Of a stretch of 64,000 nt of DNA, positions 35,785-44,106 are shown piece by piece. The notes beneath the pieces were generated by a model that did not search any database, was not told the DNA's origin, and worked only from the letters and a program-made list of their open reading frames with translations. The translations under genes were made by a program, and so were the position numbers. How positions within the stretch are numbered: the stretch's first letter is position 1; every line of letters starts with the position of its first letter. Origin of the DNA: Oscillibacter sp. (lineage in GTDB: Bacteria; Bacillota; Clostridia; Oscillospirales; Oscillospiraceae); the NCBI GenBank assembly GCA_017526785.1, contig JAFXQV010000031.1, positions 38,624 to 102,623 of the forward strand, in the 5' to 3' direction.

Positions 35785-36618
35785 TCAGGCGTTTTGGGCG
35801 TCGGCGTAGGCCTTTTCGGCGGCGGCTAACGCTTCCTGCCACTGTTCCTCTTTCGGCTGGGAGGAATGCGCGTGGCTGGATTCGGCGAACGTCGCGCCTT
35901 TGCCCTTGATAGTGTCCAGCACGATACAGGACGGCACGCCCTTTTTCGCGTACGCGTTCTGGATTGCGTCGTAAATCGCGGCCACGTCGTGGCCGTTGAC
36001 CTCCTGCGTGTAGAGGCCGAACCCGGCGGCTTTCTTGGCAAGGTCGCCGTGGTCGAGAATGTCCTTGGTAGCGCCGTCGAGCTGATAGCCGTTGTTGTCG
36101 ATAAAATAGATGATGTTGTCCAGCTTGTGGGCGTAGGCGAAGTGGAAGCCTTCCCAGACCTGTCCCTCGTCGGCCTCGCCGTCGCCGATGACGCAGAAAA
36201 CGTGATTGGTACGGCCGTCGATTTTGTTGCCGAGCGCCGCGCCCGTGGCCGTGGACACGCCCTGCCCGAGTGAACCCGTGGTAAGGTCGACGCCGGGCGT
36301 GAGTTTCCGGTCGGTGTGGCTGGGGAATCTGGTGTGCGGCTGGTTGAGCGTGTAGGCCTCTTCCATGGGGTAGAAGCCCATAATCCCGAATGTCGCGTAG
36401 GCGACGGGGCCGGCGTGGCCTTTGGAGAGTACGAGCCAGTCGCGGTCAGGCCAGCGGGGGTTTTTGGGGTCGAACTTCATGACCGCGCCGTAAAGGACGG
36501 CCATCAGTTCGGCAAGGTCCATTGAGCCGCCCACATGACCGAATCCGCGCGAATGGATGACTTTCAAGGTCTCCAAACGGATATGCGCCGCCAAGACGTT
36601 CAATTCTTTTTCATTCAT
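35785..36618 (-). CDS. tktA: Transketolase, N-terminal (TPP-binding) subunit
   Basis: 277 aa. Contains GHVGGSMD, LSKGHA and GDGEADEGQVWE (TPP motif). Confidence 0.9.
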   Translation of the reverse strand: MNEKELNVLAAHIRLETLKVIHSRGFGHVGGSMDLAELMAVLYGAVMKFDPKNPRWPDRDWLVLSKGHAGPVAYATFGIMGFYPMEEAYTLNQPHTRFPSHTDRKLTPGVDLTTGSLGQGVSTATGAALGNKIDGRTNHVFCVIGDGEADEGQVWEGFHFAYAHKLDNIIYFIDNNGYQLDGATKDILDHGDLAKKAAGFGLYTQEVNGHDVAAIYDAIQNAYAKKGVPSCIVLDTIKGKGATFAESSHAHSSQPKEEQWQEALAAAEKAYADAQNA

Positions 36619-36795
36619 GGAGGTCTTCCTTTCTCTGTAGTCACGCTGACTTTCCGCCGACGCGGCGGAAAATCCTAAGATTGCCAGTTATTTTATCCAA
36701 AATTACGCGGACTGTCAAGAGCGTTTTCTGTAGGATTGTGCAAAAGTATGTGTGTTGTCGTTCGAGCGTGTACACATACCGAATTTCAAAAAGTA

Positions 36796-36824
36796 TTGAC
36801 AAAATAGCTTTAAAGTAGTATTAT
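36796..36824 (+). promoter_or_regulatory. Promoter of dinJ-yafQ pair 2
   Basis: TTGACA (36796-36801), 17 nt, TATTAT (36819-36824), within an AT-rich intergenic stretch. Confidence 0.6.
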
Positions 36825-36855
36825 AGAACACACAAGGATGCTTCTAACAGTTAAA

Positions 36856-36872
36856 AGAAACTTATAGTTTCT
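36856..36872. promoter_or_regulatory. Perfect palindrome; candidate TA-complex operator
   Basis: AGAAACT-TAT-AGTTTCT, located between the promoter and the RBS of dinJ pair 2. Confidence 0.45.
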
Positions 36873-36907
36873 ATAAAGTTATTAAGTTTAAGAAGGGAAG
36901 CGATAGT

Positions 36908-37186
36908 ATGGTATCGGTAACGACTTCCATCAAAGTGGACCCGACGGTCAAGGCGGAATCGCAAGCGTTATTTGAACGCCTCGGCCTGAGTTGGAGTACG
37001 GCCATTAACCTGTTTCTCCGTCAGGCCATCCGGGAACAGGCAATTCCGTTCCGTGTCGGCGAACCGATGTATAACGAGGAGACCTTGCGTACCATCCGCG
37101 AAGCCGAGGCGGGAATCAATCTGCGTGGGCCGTATAATTCAGTGGAGGAACTGGTGGCTGATTTGGAATCCGACGACGGTGATTGA
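36908..37186 (+). CDS. dinJ: RelB/DinJ-family antitoxin (pair 2)
   Basis: 92 aa. Contains SIKVDPTVKAESQALFERLGLSWSTAINLFLRQAIREQAIPF. Confidence 0.85.
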   Translation: MVSVTTSIKVDPTVKAESQALFERLGLSWSTAINLFLRQAIREQAIPFRVGEPMYNEETLRTIREAEAGINLRGPYNSVEELVADLESDDGD

Positions 37187-37196
37187 GGAAACTTTC

Positions 37197-37466
37197 ATGA
37201 AAATTGAAAGAACCGTCCAATTCAAAAAGGACTGGAAACTCATGGAAAAGCGCGGTAAAGATTTGTCCGAATTATGCGCCGCGCTCCAGATTCTGCGTGA
37301 CGGCCAAACGCTCCCCGCCGTTTATCACGACCACACGCTCCTTTTTGGGCAGTACAGAGGACTTCATGACGCGCATATTGAACCGGATTGGATTCTTCTG
37401 TACAAAATCCAAGGAGAAATCGTCAAATTGTATCGCACTGGTACCCATTCCGATTTGCGCCTGTAA
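37197..37466 (+). CDS. yafQ: YafQ-family toxin (pair 2)
   Basis: 89 aa from MKIERTVQFKKDWK... through HDHTL...YRGLHDAHIEPDWILLYKI...LYRTGTHSDL. The ORF-track start at 37053 overlaps dinJ and is rejected. Confidence 0.85.
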   Translation: MKIERTVQFKKDWKLMEKRGKDLSELCAALQILRDGQTLPAVYHDHTLLFGQYRGLHDAHIEPDWILLYKIQGEIVKLYRTGTHSDLRL

Positions 37467-37470
37467 CAAA

Positions 37471-37509
37471 CCCCGCCGTCCGACACATACCGGGCGGCGG
37501 GGCGCGTTT
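37471..37509. terminator. Bidirectional terminator hairpin between yafQ-2 and the DtxR-family gene
   Basis: Stem CCCCGCCGTCCG/CGGGCGGCGGGG followed by CGCGTTT. Confidence 0.55.
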
Positions 37510-37530
37510 ACAAACAATGTCGCGGCGTAT

Positions 37531-37917
37531 TCAGGCCTTATCGGGAGAGGCGCGGCGGATGAACTCCACGATTTTCCCGTAGGTTTCTTCGCTCAGGTCA
37601 TGCTCGACCTTGCAGGCGTCCACATCGGCCTGTCCGACGGACACCCCCAGATACTCAAACAGTCTTGTCAGTGTCTTGTGGCGGTCGTACACGCTGGACG
37701 CGATTTCCATACCCTTGTCGGTCAGCGTGATAGCGCCGTCCCCGGCCATGAGGATGTATCCGTTTTCCCGCAGTTTCTTCATGGCAATGCTGACGCTCGG
37801 CTTCGAGAACCCCAGACGATTCACGATATCAATAGAGTGAACCTGTCCGTGTCCAAGGTGTTCTTCCAGCGCCAGAATGGATTCAAGGTAGTCCTCCGCG
37901 GACTGATGAATGACCAT
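37531..37917 (-). CDS. DtxR/MntR-family metal-dependent transcriptional repressor
   Basis: 128 aa. Contains SAEDYLESILALEE...VHSIDIVNRLGFSKPSVSIAMKKL (wHTH) and a DtxR dimerisation-helix pattern. Confidence 0.88.
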   Translation of the reverse strand: MVIHQSAEDYLESILALEEHLGHGQVHSIDIVNRLGFSKPSVSIAMKKLRENGYILMAGDGAITLTDKGMEIASSVYDRHKTLTRLFEYLGVSVGQADVDACKVEHDLSEETYGKIVEFIRRASPDKA

Positions 37918-37939
37918 GAAACCGCCTCCTAACTCTGAT

Positions 37940-39748
37940 TTATTCGCCGCTGCGACGCTTCGCGGCAGTGAGTACGTTTTCCATCAGGCGGGCGCGGGTC
38001 ATGGGGCCGACGCCGCCCGGTACGGGCGTAATCCAGCCCGCGACGGTGGACACGCTCTCAAAGTCCACGTCCCCGCAGAGTTTGCCGTTCTCGTCGCGGT
38101 TCATGCCCACGTCGATGACGGTCGCGCCGGTCTTGACCATGTCCGCCGTGACGAGTTTCGCCTTTCCGGTGGCGGAAACCAGAATGTCCGCCTGCCGGGT
38201 GATGTCGGCGAGGTGTTCCGTATGGGAATGGCAGATAGTCACCGTGCCGTCGGCGGCGGTCAGAAGCATGCCCAGCGGCTTGCCGACAATGTTACTGCGC
38301 CCGATAATCACGCAGTTGCGCCCCCGGACGGGAATCCCGTATTCGAGCAGAAGCATCATAATTCCGGCGGGGGTGCAGGGCAGAAACACGGGTTCCCCCA
38401 TGGAGAGCTGTCCGATGTTGGAGGGGTGGAAGCAGTCCACGTCCTTTTCGGGCGAGATGGTGCGGAGAATCTCCGAGGCGTTGATGTGCGGCGGCAGGGG
38501 CAGTTGGCACAAAATGCCGTCTACGGCGGTGTCGTTGTTGAGGCGCCAAATCAGCGTCAGGAGCTGTTCTTCGCTGATACTCTCCGGGAGGCGGCAGGGC
38601 AGAGTCTGAATGCCGCATTCGGCGCAGTCCTTTTCCTTGTTGCGGACGTAAATTTGTGACGCGGGGTCGTTGCCCACGAGGATGACCGCCAGACACGGCG
38701 GACGCCGTAACGCGCTGACTTGCTGGCGGACGCGGGCGCGGGTCTTTTCGGCTAAGGCTTTGCCGTCCATGAGAATTGCCATAGTGTCACCTGTCCTTTT
38801 TTTTTCACGTCGCGGGCGTTTTGTCGTGTCGGGGTCGTCCTCGAACCACATCCGGCTTTCGGGCTGTCTGACGTACAAATTTTCCGGGGAGCGCCGCAGG
38901 ACGCGGATTTCGACCCACAGCGCCAGCGCCGACACCGCCGCCAGACACATGCTCAACGCCTGAGAGACCCGAACCGGAGCGCCAAACAGTGTCCAGTCGA
39001 AGAGATAGAGGCTGTCCGTACGAAGTCCCTCAATCCAAGTCCGGCCGAGGCCGTACCAGAGGAAGTAAAACCACGCGTTTTCGCCGTCGAAGCGCCGCCC
39101 GCGCGAAATCACCGCCAGCAGGAGGATGAGGCCGCACAGATTCCAGAGGCTTTCGTATAAAAAAGTGGGGTGTACGTCGACCGCCACTGGCACGTTATTC
39201 GCGCCGTTGAACCAGAGCCGCATACGCCACGGCAAGTCGGTCGCCCCGCCGTAGGCCTCCCGGTTGACGAAGTTCGCCCAGCGCCCGATACACTGCCCGA
39301 GGATGAGGCCGTAAACGAGCGTATCCATGAGCGCCCCGAAGGGAATGCCGCGCCGCAGAGAAAAGACGAACGCCACGAGCAACCCGGCAATGACCGTGCC
39401 GTAGACGGCGATTCCGCCGTCCCAGACCGCCACGGCGCGCCCCCAGTCGAAGCCGCCGGAGGCCGTGCGGTACAGGGACTGATTGAAGAACACGTAGTAC
39501 GTCCGGGAGCCGATGATACAGCAGGGCGTAGCCCAGAGAACGAAGTCAAGTACGTGGTCTTCCGTGATACCGACGGACTTTGCCCGGTGCATGGAGAGCC
39601 ACGTCCCGCAGAGCATGGCGAAGGCCAAAATAATGCCGTACCAGTAGATACCGTGTCCGATGTGGATGGCAACGGGGTCGGGGTTCCACGACCAGTCGCC
39701 GAAGAGACCCGGAAAGCCAATCGGCATGTTTTTGAGTGCCTGTTCCAA
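37940..39748 (-). CDS. lgt-folD: In-frame fusion ORF: prolipoprotein diacylglyceryl transferase (Lgt, 39748-38783) plus bifunctional methylene-THF dehydrogenase/methenyl-THF cyclohydrolase (FolD, 38782-37940)
   Basis: 602 aa. N-terminal half carries IHIGHGIYWYGI, GGIAVYG and GRWANFVNREAYGG (Lgt). C-terminal half begins MAILMDGKALA... and carries VILVGNDPASQIYVRNK, DGILCQLPLP, GRSNIVGKP and PVPGGVGPMT (FolD). No stop codon between the halves. A T9 run (plus strand 38797-38805) lies 15 nt upstream of the FolD ATG. TTG start with an AAAGGGGGTG RBS. Confidence 0.85.
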   Translation of the reverse strand: MEQALKNMPIGFPGLFGDWSWNPDPVAIHIGHGIYWYGIILAFAMLCGTWLSMHRAKSVGITEDHVLDFVLWATPCCIIGSRTYYVFFNQSLYRTASGGFDWGRAVAVWDGGIAVYGTVIAGLLVAFVFSLRRGIPFGALMDTLVYGLILGQCIGRWANFVNREAYGGATDLPWRMRLWFNGANNVPVAVDVHPTFLYESLWNLCGLILLLAVISRGRRFDGENAWFYFLWYGLGRTWIEGLRTDSLYLFDWTLFGAPVRVSQALSMCLAAVSALALWVEIRVLRRSPENLYVRQPESRMWFEDDPDTTKRPRREKKRTGDTMAILMDGKALAEKTRARVRQQVSALRRPPCLAVILVGNDPASQIYVRNKEKDCAECGIQTLPCRLPESISEEQLLTLIWRLNNDTAVDGILCQLPLPPHINASEILRTISPEKDVDCFHPSNIGQLSMGEPVFLPCTPAGIMMLLLEYGIPVRGRNCVIIGRSNIVGKPLGMLLTAADGTVTICHSHTEHLADITRQADILVSATGKAKLVTADMVKTGATVIDVGMNRDENGKLCGDVDFESVSTVAGWITPVPGGVGPMTRARLMENVLTAAKRRSGE

Positions 39749-39774
39749 TCAAAGCACCCCCTTTATGCCCCGGC

Positions 39775-41064
39775 TCACGCGGATTCCTCCGCGTCGGCGT
39801 CAATCGGCACAATTTCGCTTAACACACAGCGTTCCGGCGTCACGTTGTCGCGCAGGAACGCCCGGATGTCCTCCGGCGTGATGGACTCGAAGACTTCCGG
39901 GAACAGGAACGGGTCGTAGCCGTGGAAATAGCCCTCTGTCATGGACACGGCCATAGTCTCGAAAGAATTGAAGCTCCGCACGTATTCGCCGTACATGGTT
40001 CGCCGCAGACGGTCATAAAGGCTCGTGTCGAACTGGCCGCCGCCGATTCTGGCGGCCTCTTGGATAATCGCGTCCGTGACGGCGCGGGCGTCGCGGCTGT
40101 CGCCCCCGGCGTAGAAGCAGGCGTAGCCGGGGAGAAGCTCGTAGTCCCCGCCGAAGGTGGCGTTAATCAGGCCGTCGTCGTAGAGTTTCAGGTAGAGGGG
40201 GCTGGATTCGCCCAAGAGCATGTCCGAGGCGAGTTCGCCCACAAGCGCGTTCCGGAACCACGCCGCCCCGGCCTCCGGCGGGCGGCACTTGAACCCCGCC
40301 AGAAACTGCGGCGTGGCGACTTCCATACTCCGCTTGAGTTCATGCGTGGCGACGCCCTCCGGCTCCTGTCCGTAGTCGCGGGGGACGGCGGCTCCGCCGC
40401 GTTTCGGGAGAATCTCGACGGCGATTTCCTCGACGCGTCCGGGTTCCACGTCGCCCACGACGGTCAGAATCATGTTGGACGGCGTGTAAAAGGCCTCGTG
40501 ACAGCGGTAGAGCGTCTCGGCGGTGATGTCGCGGATACTCTCGACGCTTCCGGCGATTGCGGTTCGCGCCGTGTTGTTGGCGTACATGCCCTGAACCATG
40601 CGGTGGTAAATCTGCCAGTCGGGGTTGTCCTCAATCATGCGGATTTCCTGCGCGATAATGCCCTGCTCCTTGTCGACGCTCTCCTTTGTGAAGTACGGCA
40701 CCGACACGAACGAAAGCAGAATCCGCAAGTTCTCCTCGAAATGCGACGTGGAGTCGAAATAGTAGCCGGTCATGGCGTTGGACGTGAACGCGTTCGGCTC
40801 CGCGCCGTTCTTGGCCAGTTCCTGTAAGGCGTTGCCGTCCTCGGTGTCGAACATCTTGTGTTCGAGATAGTGCGCGATACCCGCCGGGGTGTCGAGCCAC
40901 TGCCCGTTGAGCTGGAAACGCGTGTCCATGCCGCCGTAGCGCGTGGCGAAAAAGGCGTACTTGCGGACGTAGCCCGGGCGCGGGACAATCCGGAGTTCCA
41001 AGCCGTTGTCCAGCTTCTTGCGGTACACGCGCTCCCCGATGCGGTCGTATTGCGTGACATTCAT
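39775..41064 (-). CDS. M16-family (pitrilysin-like) zinc peptidase, catalytic subunit
   Basis: 429 aa. Contains GIAHYLEHKMF (the HxxEH inverted zinc motif). Confidence 0.88.
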   Translation of the reverse strand: MNVTQYDRIGERVYRKKLDNGLELRIVPRPGYVRKYAFFATRYGGMDTRFQLNGQWLDTPAGIAHYLEHKMFDTEDGNALQELAKNGAEPNAFTSNAMTGYYFDSTSHFEENLRILLSFVSVPYFTKESVDKEQGIIAQEIRMIEDNPDWQIYHRMVQGMYANNTARTAIAGSVESIRDITAETLYRCHEAFYTPSNMILTVVGDVEPGRVEEIAVEILPKRGGAAVPRDYGQEPEGVATHELKRSMEVATPQFLAGFKCRPPEAGAAWFRNALVGELASDMLLGESSPLYLKLYDDGLINATFGGDYELLPGYACFYAGGDSRDARAVTDAIIQEAARIGGGQFDTSLYDRLRRTMYGEYVRSFNSFETMAVSMTEGYFHGYDPFLFPEVFESITPEDIRAFLRDNVTPERCVLSEIVPIDADAEESA

Positions 41065-41068
41065 GCCC

Positions 41069-42331
41069 TTACGCCTCCTTTCCTTTGAGAAAGTAAACCG
41101 TGTCCAGCTTGACCGTACGCATGGCCTCTATAATGCGTTCCGGGGTCACGGCGCGGATTTGCCCCATGACCTCTTCCGGGGTGTCGTGGAAGTCGGTCAC
41201 GGTGCAGGACAGGTTGTAGTTCTCTAATTTGCCCTGCGCGTCGCCCAAGGACGCGTAGGAGTTGATAAGAATGCTCCGGGCGCTGTCGATTTCCCAGTCC
41301 TCCCAGTCGCCATTCTGAACCATTTCGAGCTGTCTCGTGATTTCGTCGAAGGCGGCCTGATAGTGGTCGAACTCGATACCCGACGAGACGGTGATAATCC
41401 CCTTGCGGCGGTAGTACGACGACGAGGCGTAGTAGCACAGCGACAGCTTTTCGCGTACGTTCATGAACAGTTTGGAGTTACTGCTTCCGCCGAACATGGA
41501 ATTTCCCATCAGAAGCGCCACATAGTCGTCACTGCCGACGGAAAAACCGAGTTCCAGTTTCCCCTGCGTCACGTCCATGGCGTCGGAGACGTGCAGAACG
41601 TCGGCGCGGGACGGGTGGCGGGTCGTGCCGGGAATCGGGCGTACGTCGGCGCGGGGCAGTCCCGCGAACGCGCCGCGTAACGCGTGTTCGACTTCCTCCT
41701 CAGACGCACTCCCGCAGTAGATGATTTCCAGCGGCATACTTTGAAGCATGTCCCGGTAGCGGCCGTAAAGTTCCGTGACTTGCAACGCCTCCACGTCCGC
41801 CTCCTCGCCCAGACGCGATACGCCGTACGGCTCCCCGGCGCACATCTCCGACAGCAGACGCCGCCCCGCCCAGAGGCGTTTGTCGTTGCGGATACTCCCT
41901 ATGGCGTCCAGCAGGTTGGCCTTTTCGCTCTCGAAGTAGGCCGGGAGAAACGCGCCGTTTTCGGTCACGGGCTGGCAGAACAGCTCCCCCATTAAGTCGG
42001 CGACGGGTTCCAAAAGACGTTCCCCGCCGGGTACAAAGCGGTCGTCGAGGAAGCTCGCCACGAATCCGGCGCACTGGCACTCCCCCAATTTGCGGACGGT
42101 ATCATCAATCCGCGCCCCGTAGAGGTTGTCCAGACGCGCGGAGAGCAGTCCCATGTCGGGGGACTTGGCCGTGCCGCGACGGAGTACGGACGGAATCAGC
42201 GCGACGGCTCCGGCGGTCTCCGCCGACAGCGGCGCGATAAACTGCGCCGACAAAACGCCCGTCTTGAACTTTTGCGCGGGCAGACAGGTCAAGTACACGC
42301 CCTCCGCGACAGGTTTTCTGATGTTGTTCAA
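41069..42331 (-). CDS. M16-family peptidase-like protein lacking HxxEH (non-catalytic partner)
   Basis: 420 aa with a similar fold pattern. The zinc-motif position reads LIPSVLRRGT. Lies 4 nt upstream of the catalytic paralog. Confidence 0.8.
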   Translation of the reverse strand: MNNIRKPVAEGVYLTCLPAQKFKTGVLSAQFIAPLSAETAGAVALIPSVLRRGTAKSPDMGLLSARLDNLYGARIDDTVRKLGECQCAGFVASFLDDRFVPGGERLLEPVADLMGELFCQPVTENGAFLPAYFESEKANLLDAIGSIRNDKRLWAGRRLLSEMCAGEPYGVSRLGEEADVEALQVTELYGRYRDMLQSMPLEIIYCGSASEEEVEHALRGAFAGLPRADVRPIPGTTRHPSRADVLHVSDAMDVTQGKLELGFSVGSDDYVALLMGNSMFGGSSNSKLFMNVREKLSLCYYASSSYYRRKGIITVSSGIEFDHYQAAFDEITRQLEMVQNGDWEDWEIDSARSILINSYASLGDAQGKLENYNLSCTVTDFHDTPEEVMGQIRAVTPERIIEAMRTVKLDTVYFLKGKEA

Positions 42332-42488
42332 CGTATCAGCTCCTTACTTCCGGGCGGCTCGCGCCGTCCGGTGGGTGTCGTTTACGAAATAATCCCGTCC
42401 ATTATAATACAAATTTCCGCGTTTGTCTATCAAACTTTTCGCGTTTTCGGAAAGAAATCAAAAAGCGGGAAAAGTATCACGGAACGGC

Positions 42489-42517
42489 TTGTATTTTCCC
42501 GGGCAAGCTGTTATAAT
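42489..42517 (+). promoter_or_regulatory. Promoter of the site-2 protease gene
   Basis: TTGTAT (42489-42494), 17 nt, TGT-TATAAT (-10 at 42512-42517). Confidence 0.55.
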
Positions 42518-42547
42518 CAGGACAATTTGCGGAACAGGAGCGCTGAT

Positions 42548-43192
42548 ATGGTCGGTTATTTACAAAATTTGTTAGAATCACTCGATTTTACGTCCATTCG
42601 CGCCACATTCATGCGTGTGGCGGCGGTTATTCTTTGCCTGAGTGTCCACGAGAGCGCCCACGGCCTCGCGGCCTTGGCTCTCGGAGACCCCACCGCCCGG
42701 AACATGCACAGACTGTCCCTGAACCCGTTGCGCCATATCGACTGGTTCGGGCTGGCGCTGATGTTTACGGCCGGGTTCGGCTGGGCGAAGCCCGTGCCGA
42801 TTGACCCGCGCTACTTCCGGAATCCGAAATGGGGCATGGCGCTTACGGCGTTAGCGGGGCCGGCGTCCAACTTCCTGCTGGCGGCGGCGTCCATGTTTCT
42901 GGCGCGGCTGTGTGCGCCAGACTCCGTGCTGTTCGCGTTTCTGGGCTACTCGGTGCCGCTGTTGTCGCTGGGGCTGGGCGTGTTCAACCTGATTCCGTTC
43001 CCGCCGCTGGACGGCTCGAAAGTGCTTGCGGCGTTCCTCCCCGACCGCCTTTATATGCGCTGGATGCGCTATGAACAATTCGGCCTGCTGATTCTGCTGG
43101 CGGTGCTTTGGCTCGGCTGGGACGGGAATTTCATCAGCGGAACCGTTTACTGGCTGTATCTTCATATGGCGACGCGGTTCATATTCTTTTAG
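42548..43192 (+). CDS. Site-2 protease family (M50) membrane metalloprotease
   Basis: 214 aa from MVGYLQ. Contains VHESAHGLAA (HExxH), NLIPFPPLDGSKV, and multiple TM segments. The upstream part of the ORF-track entry is rejected. Confidence 0.85.
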   Translation: MVGYLQNLLESLDFTSIRATFMRVAAVILCLSVHESAHGLAALALGDPTARNMHRLSLNPLRHIDWFGLALMFTAGFGWAKPVPIDPRYFRNPKWGMALTALAGPASNFLLAAASMFLARLCAPDSVLFAFLGYSVPLLSLGLGVFNLIPFPPLDGSKVLAAFLPDRLYMRWMRYEQFGLLILLAVLWLGWDGNFISGTVYWLYLHMATRFIFF

Positions 43193-43236
43193 GGTGTCCC
43201 GCGACGGGCTGTTTTATCCGATGAAAGGTGGCGGAC

Positions 43237-44106
43237 ATGGAAAGTCCCGTATTCAAACTGGAAAAGGTCGTCCGCTCCCGCAACGAGGAACCGCGGGACT
43301 TCGAGGGGCCTTTAGACTTAATTCTGTTCCTGTTGAGTCGGAACAAAATGGAGATTCAGGACATTTCCATTTCCCTTATCTGCGACCAGTACCTGAACTG
43401 GATTGCACAGCGGCAGAAAATGGACTTGGAAATAGCCAGCGAGTTTATCACGATGGCCTCTCAACTGATGTACATCAAGTCCAGAATGCTGCTCTCGATT
43501 GAGGACGAGGAAGCACAGAACGAAATGGACGCCCTTATAGAATCGCTGGAGGAGCGGAAACGGAATGAGAGTTACGCGAAAATCAAGGACATGGCGGCGA
43601 AACTCGCGCCGTTGGGCGAGTTCGGACGCGATATCATGACGCGGAACCCGGAGCCGCTCGAACACGGCAAAGTGTACGAGTACAACCAGCGCGTGACGGA
43701 CTTGGGCGCGGCGCTGGCGGAACTCCGGAGCCGTTCGGCGCGGTCTCTGCCGTCGCCGGAGGCGGCGTTTCGGGAGATTGCCCAACATGAGCCGTACCCC
43801 GTCGAGACGAAGGCCGAGGAAATCTTGCGGCGTCTGCGCGACGAGGGGGTTTTGAAGTGGTTCCGGGTGTTTTTCGGGTGCCGGAGCCGCAGTGAGATTG
43901 TGGCGACGTTTCTGGCGGTGCTGGAACTGTGCCGGGGTCGTATGATTCGGCTGTTCGGGTCGCCGCTGGACTACTCCGTGGAGGCCGCCGACGGCGAAAC
44001 AGTCTCCGAGGGCGTCGAGGAACGCCCGGAAGCGGTGCCGGAATTTGGCCCCCGCCGGGGCTTGCGCCGTCGGAGGCGGGAACGGAACGCCGCCGCCGCA
44101 CCATAA
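43237..44106 (+). CDS. scpA: Segregation and condensation protein A
   Basis: Contains FEGPLDLILFLLSRNKMEIQDISISLICDQYL. ATG 43237 lies after AAAGGTGG. The ORF-track start 43228 is a GTG. Confidence 0.9.
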   Translation: MESPVFKLEKVVRSRNEEPRDFEGPLDLILFLLSRNKMEIQDISISLICDQYLNWIAQRQKMDLEIASEFITMASQLMYIKSRMLLSIEDEEAQNEMDALIESLEERKRNESYAKIKDMAAKLAPLGEFGRDIMTRNPEPLEHGKVYEYNQRVTDLGAALAELRSRSARSLPSPEAAFREIAQHEPYPVETKAEEILRRLRDEGVLKWFRVFFGCRSRSEIVATFLAVLELCRGRMIRLFGSPLDYSVEAADGETVSEGVEERPEAVPEFGPRRGLRRRRRERNAAAAP

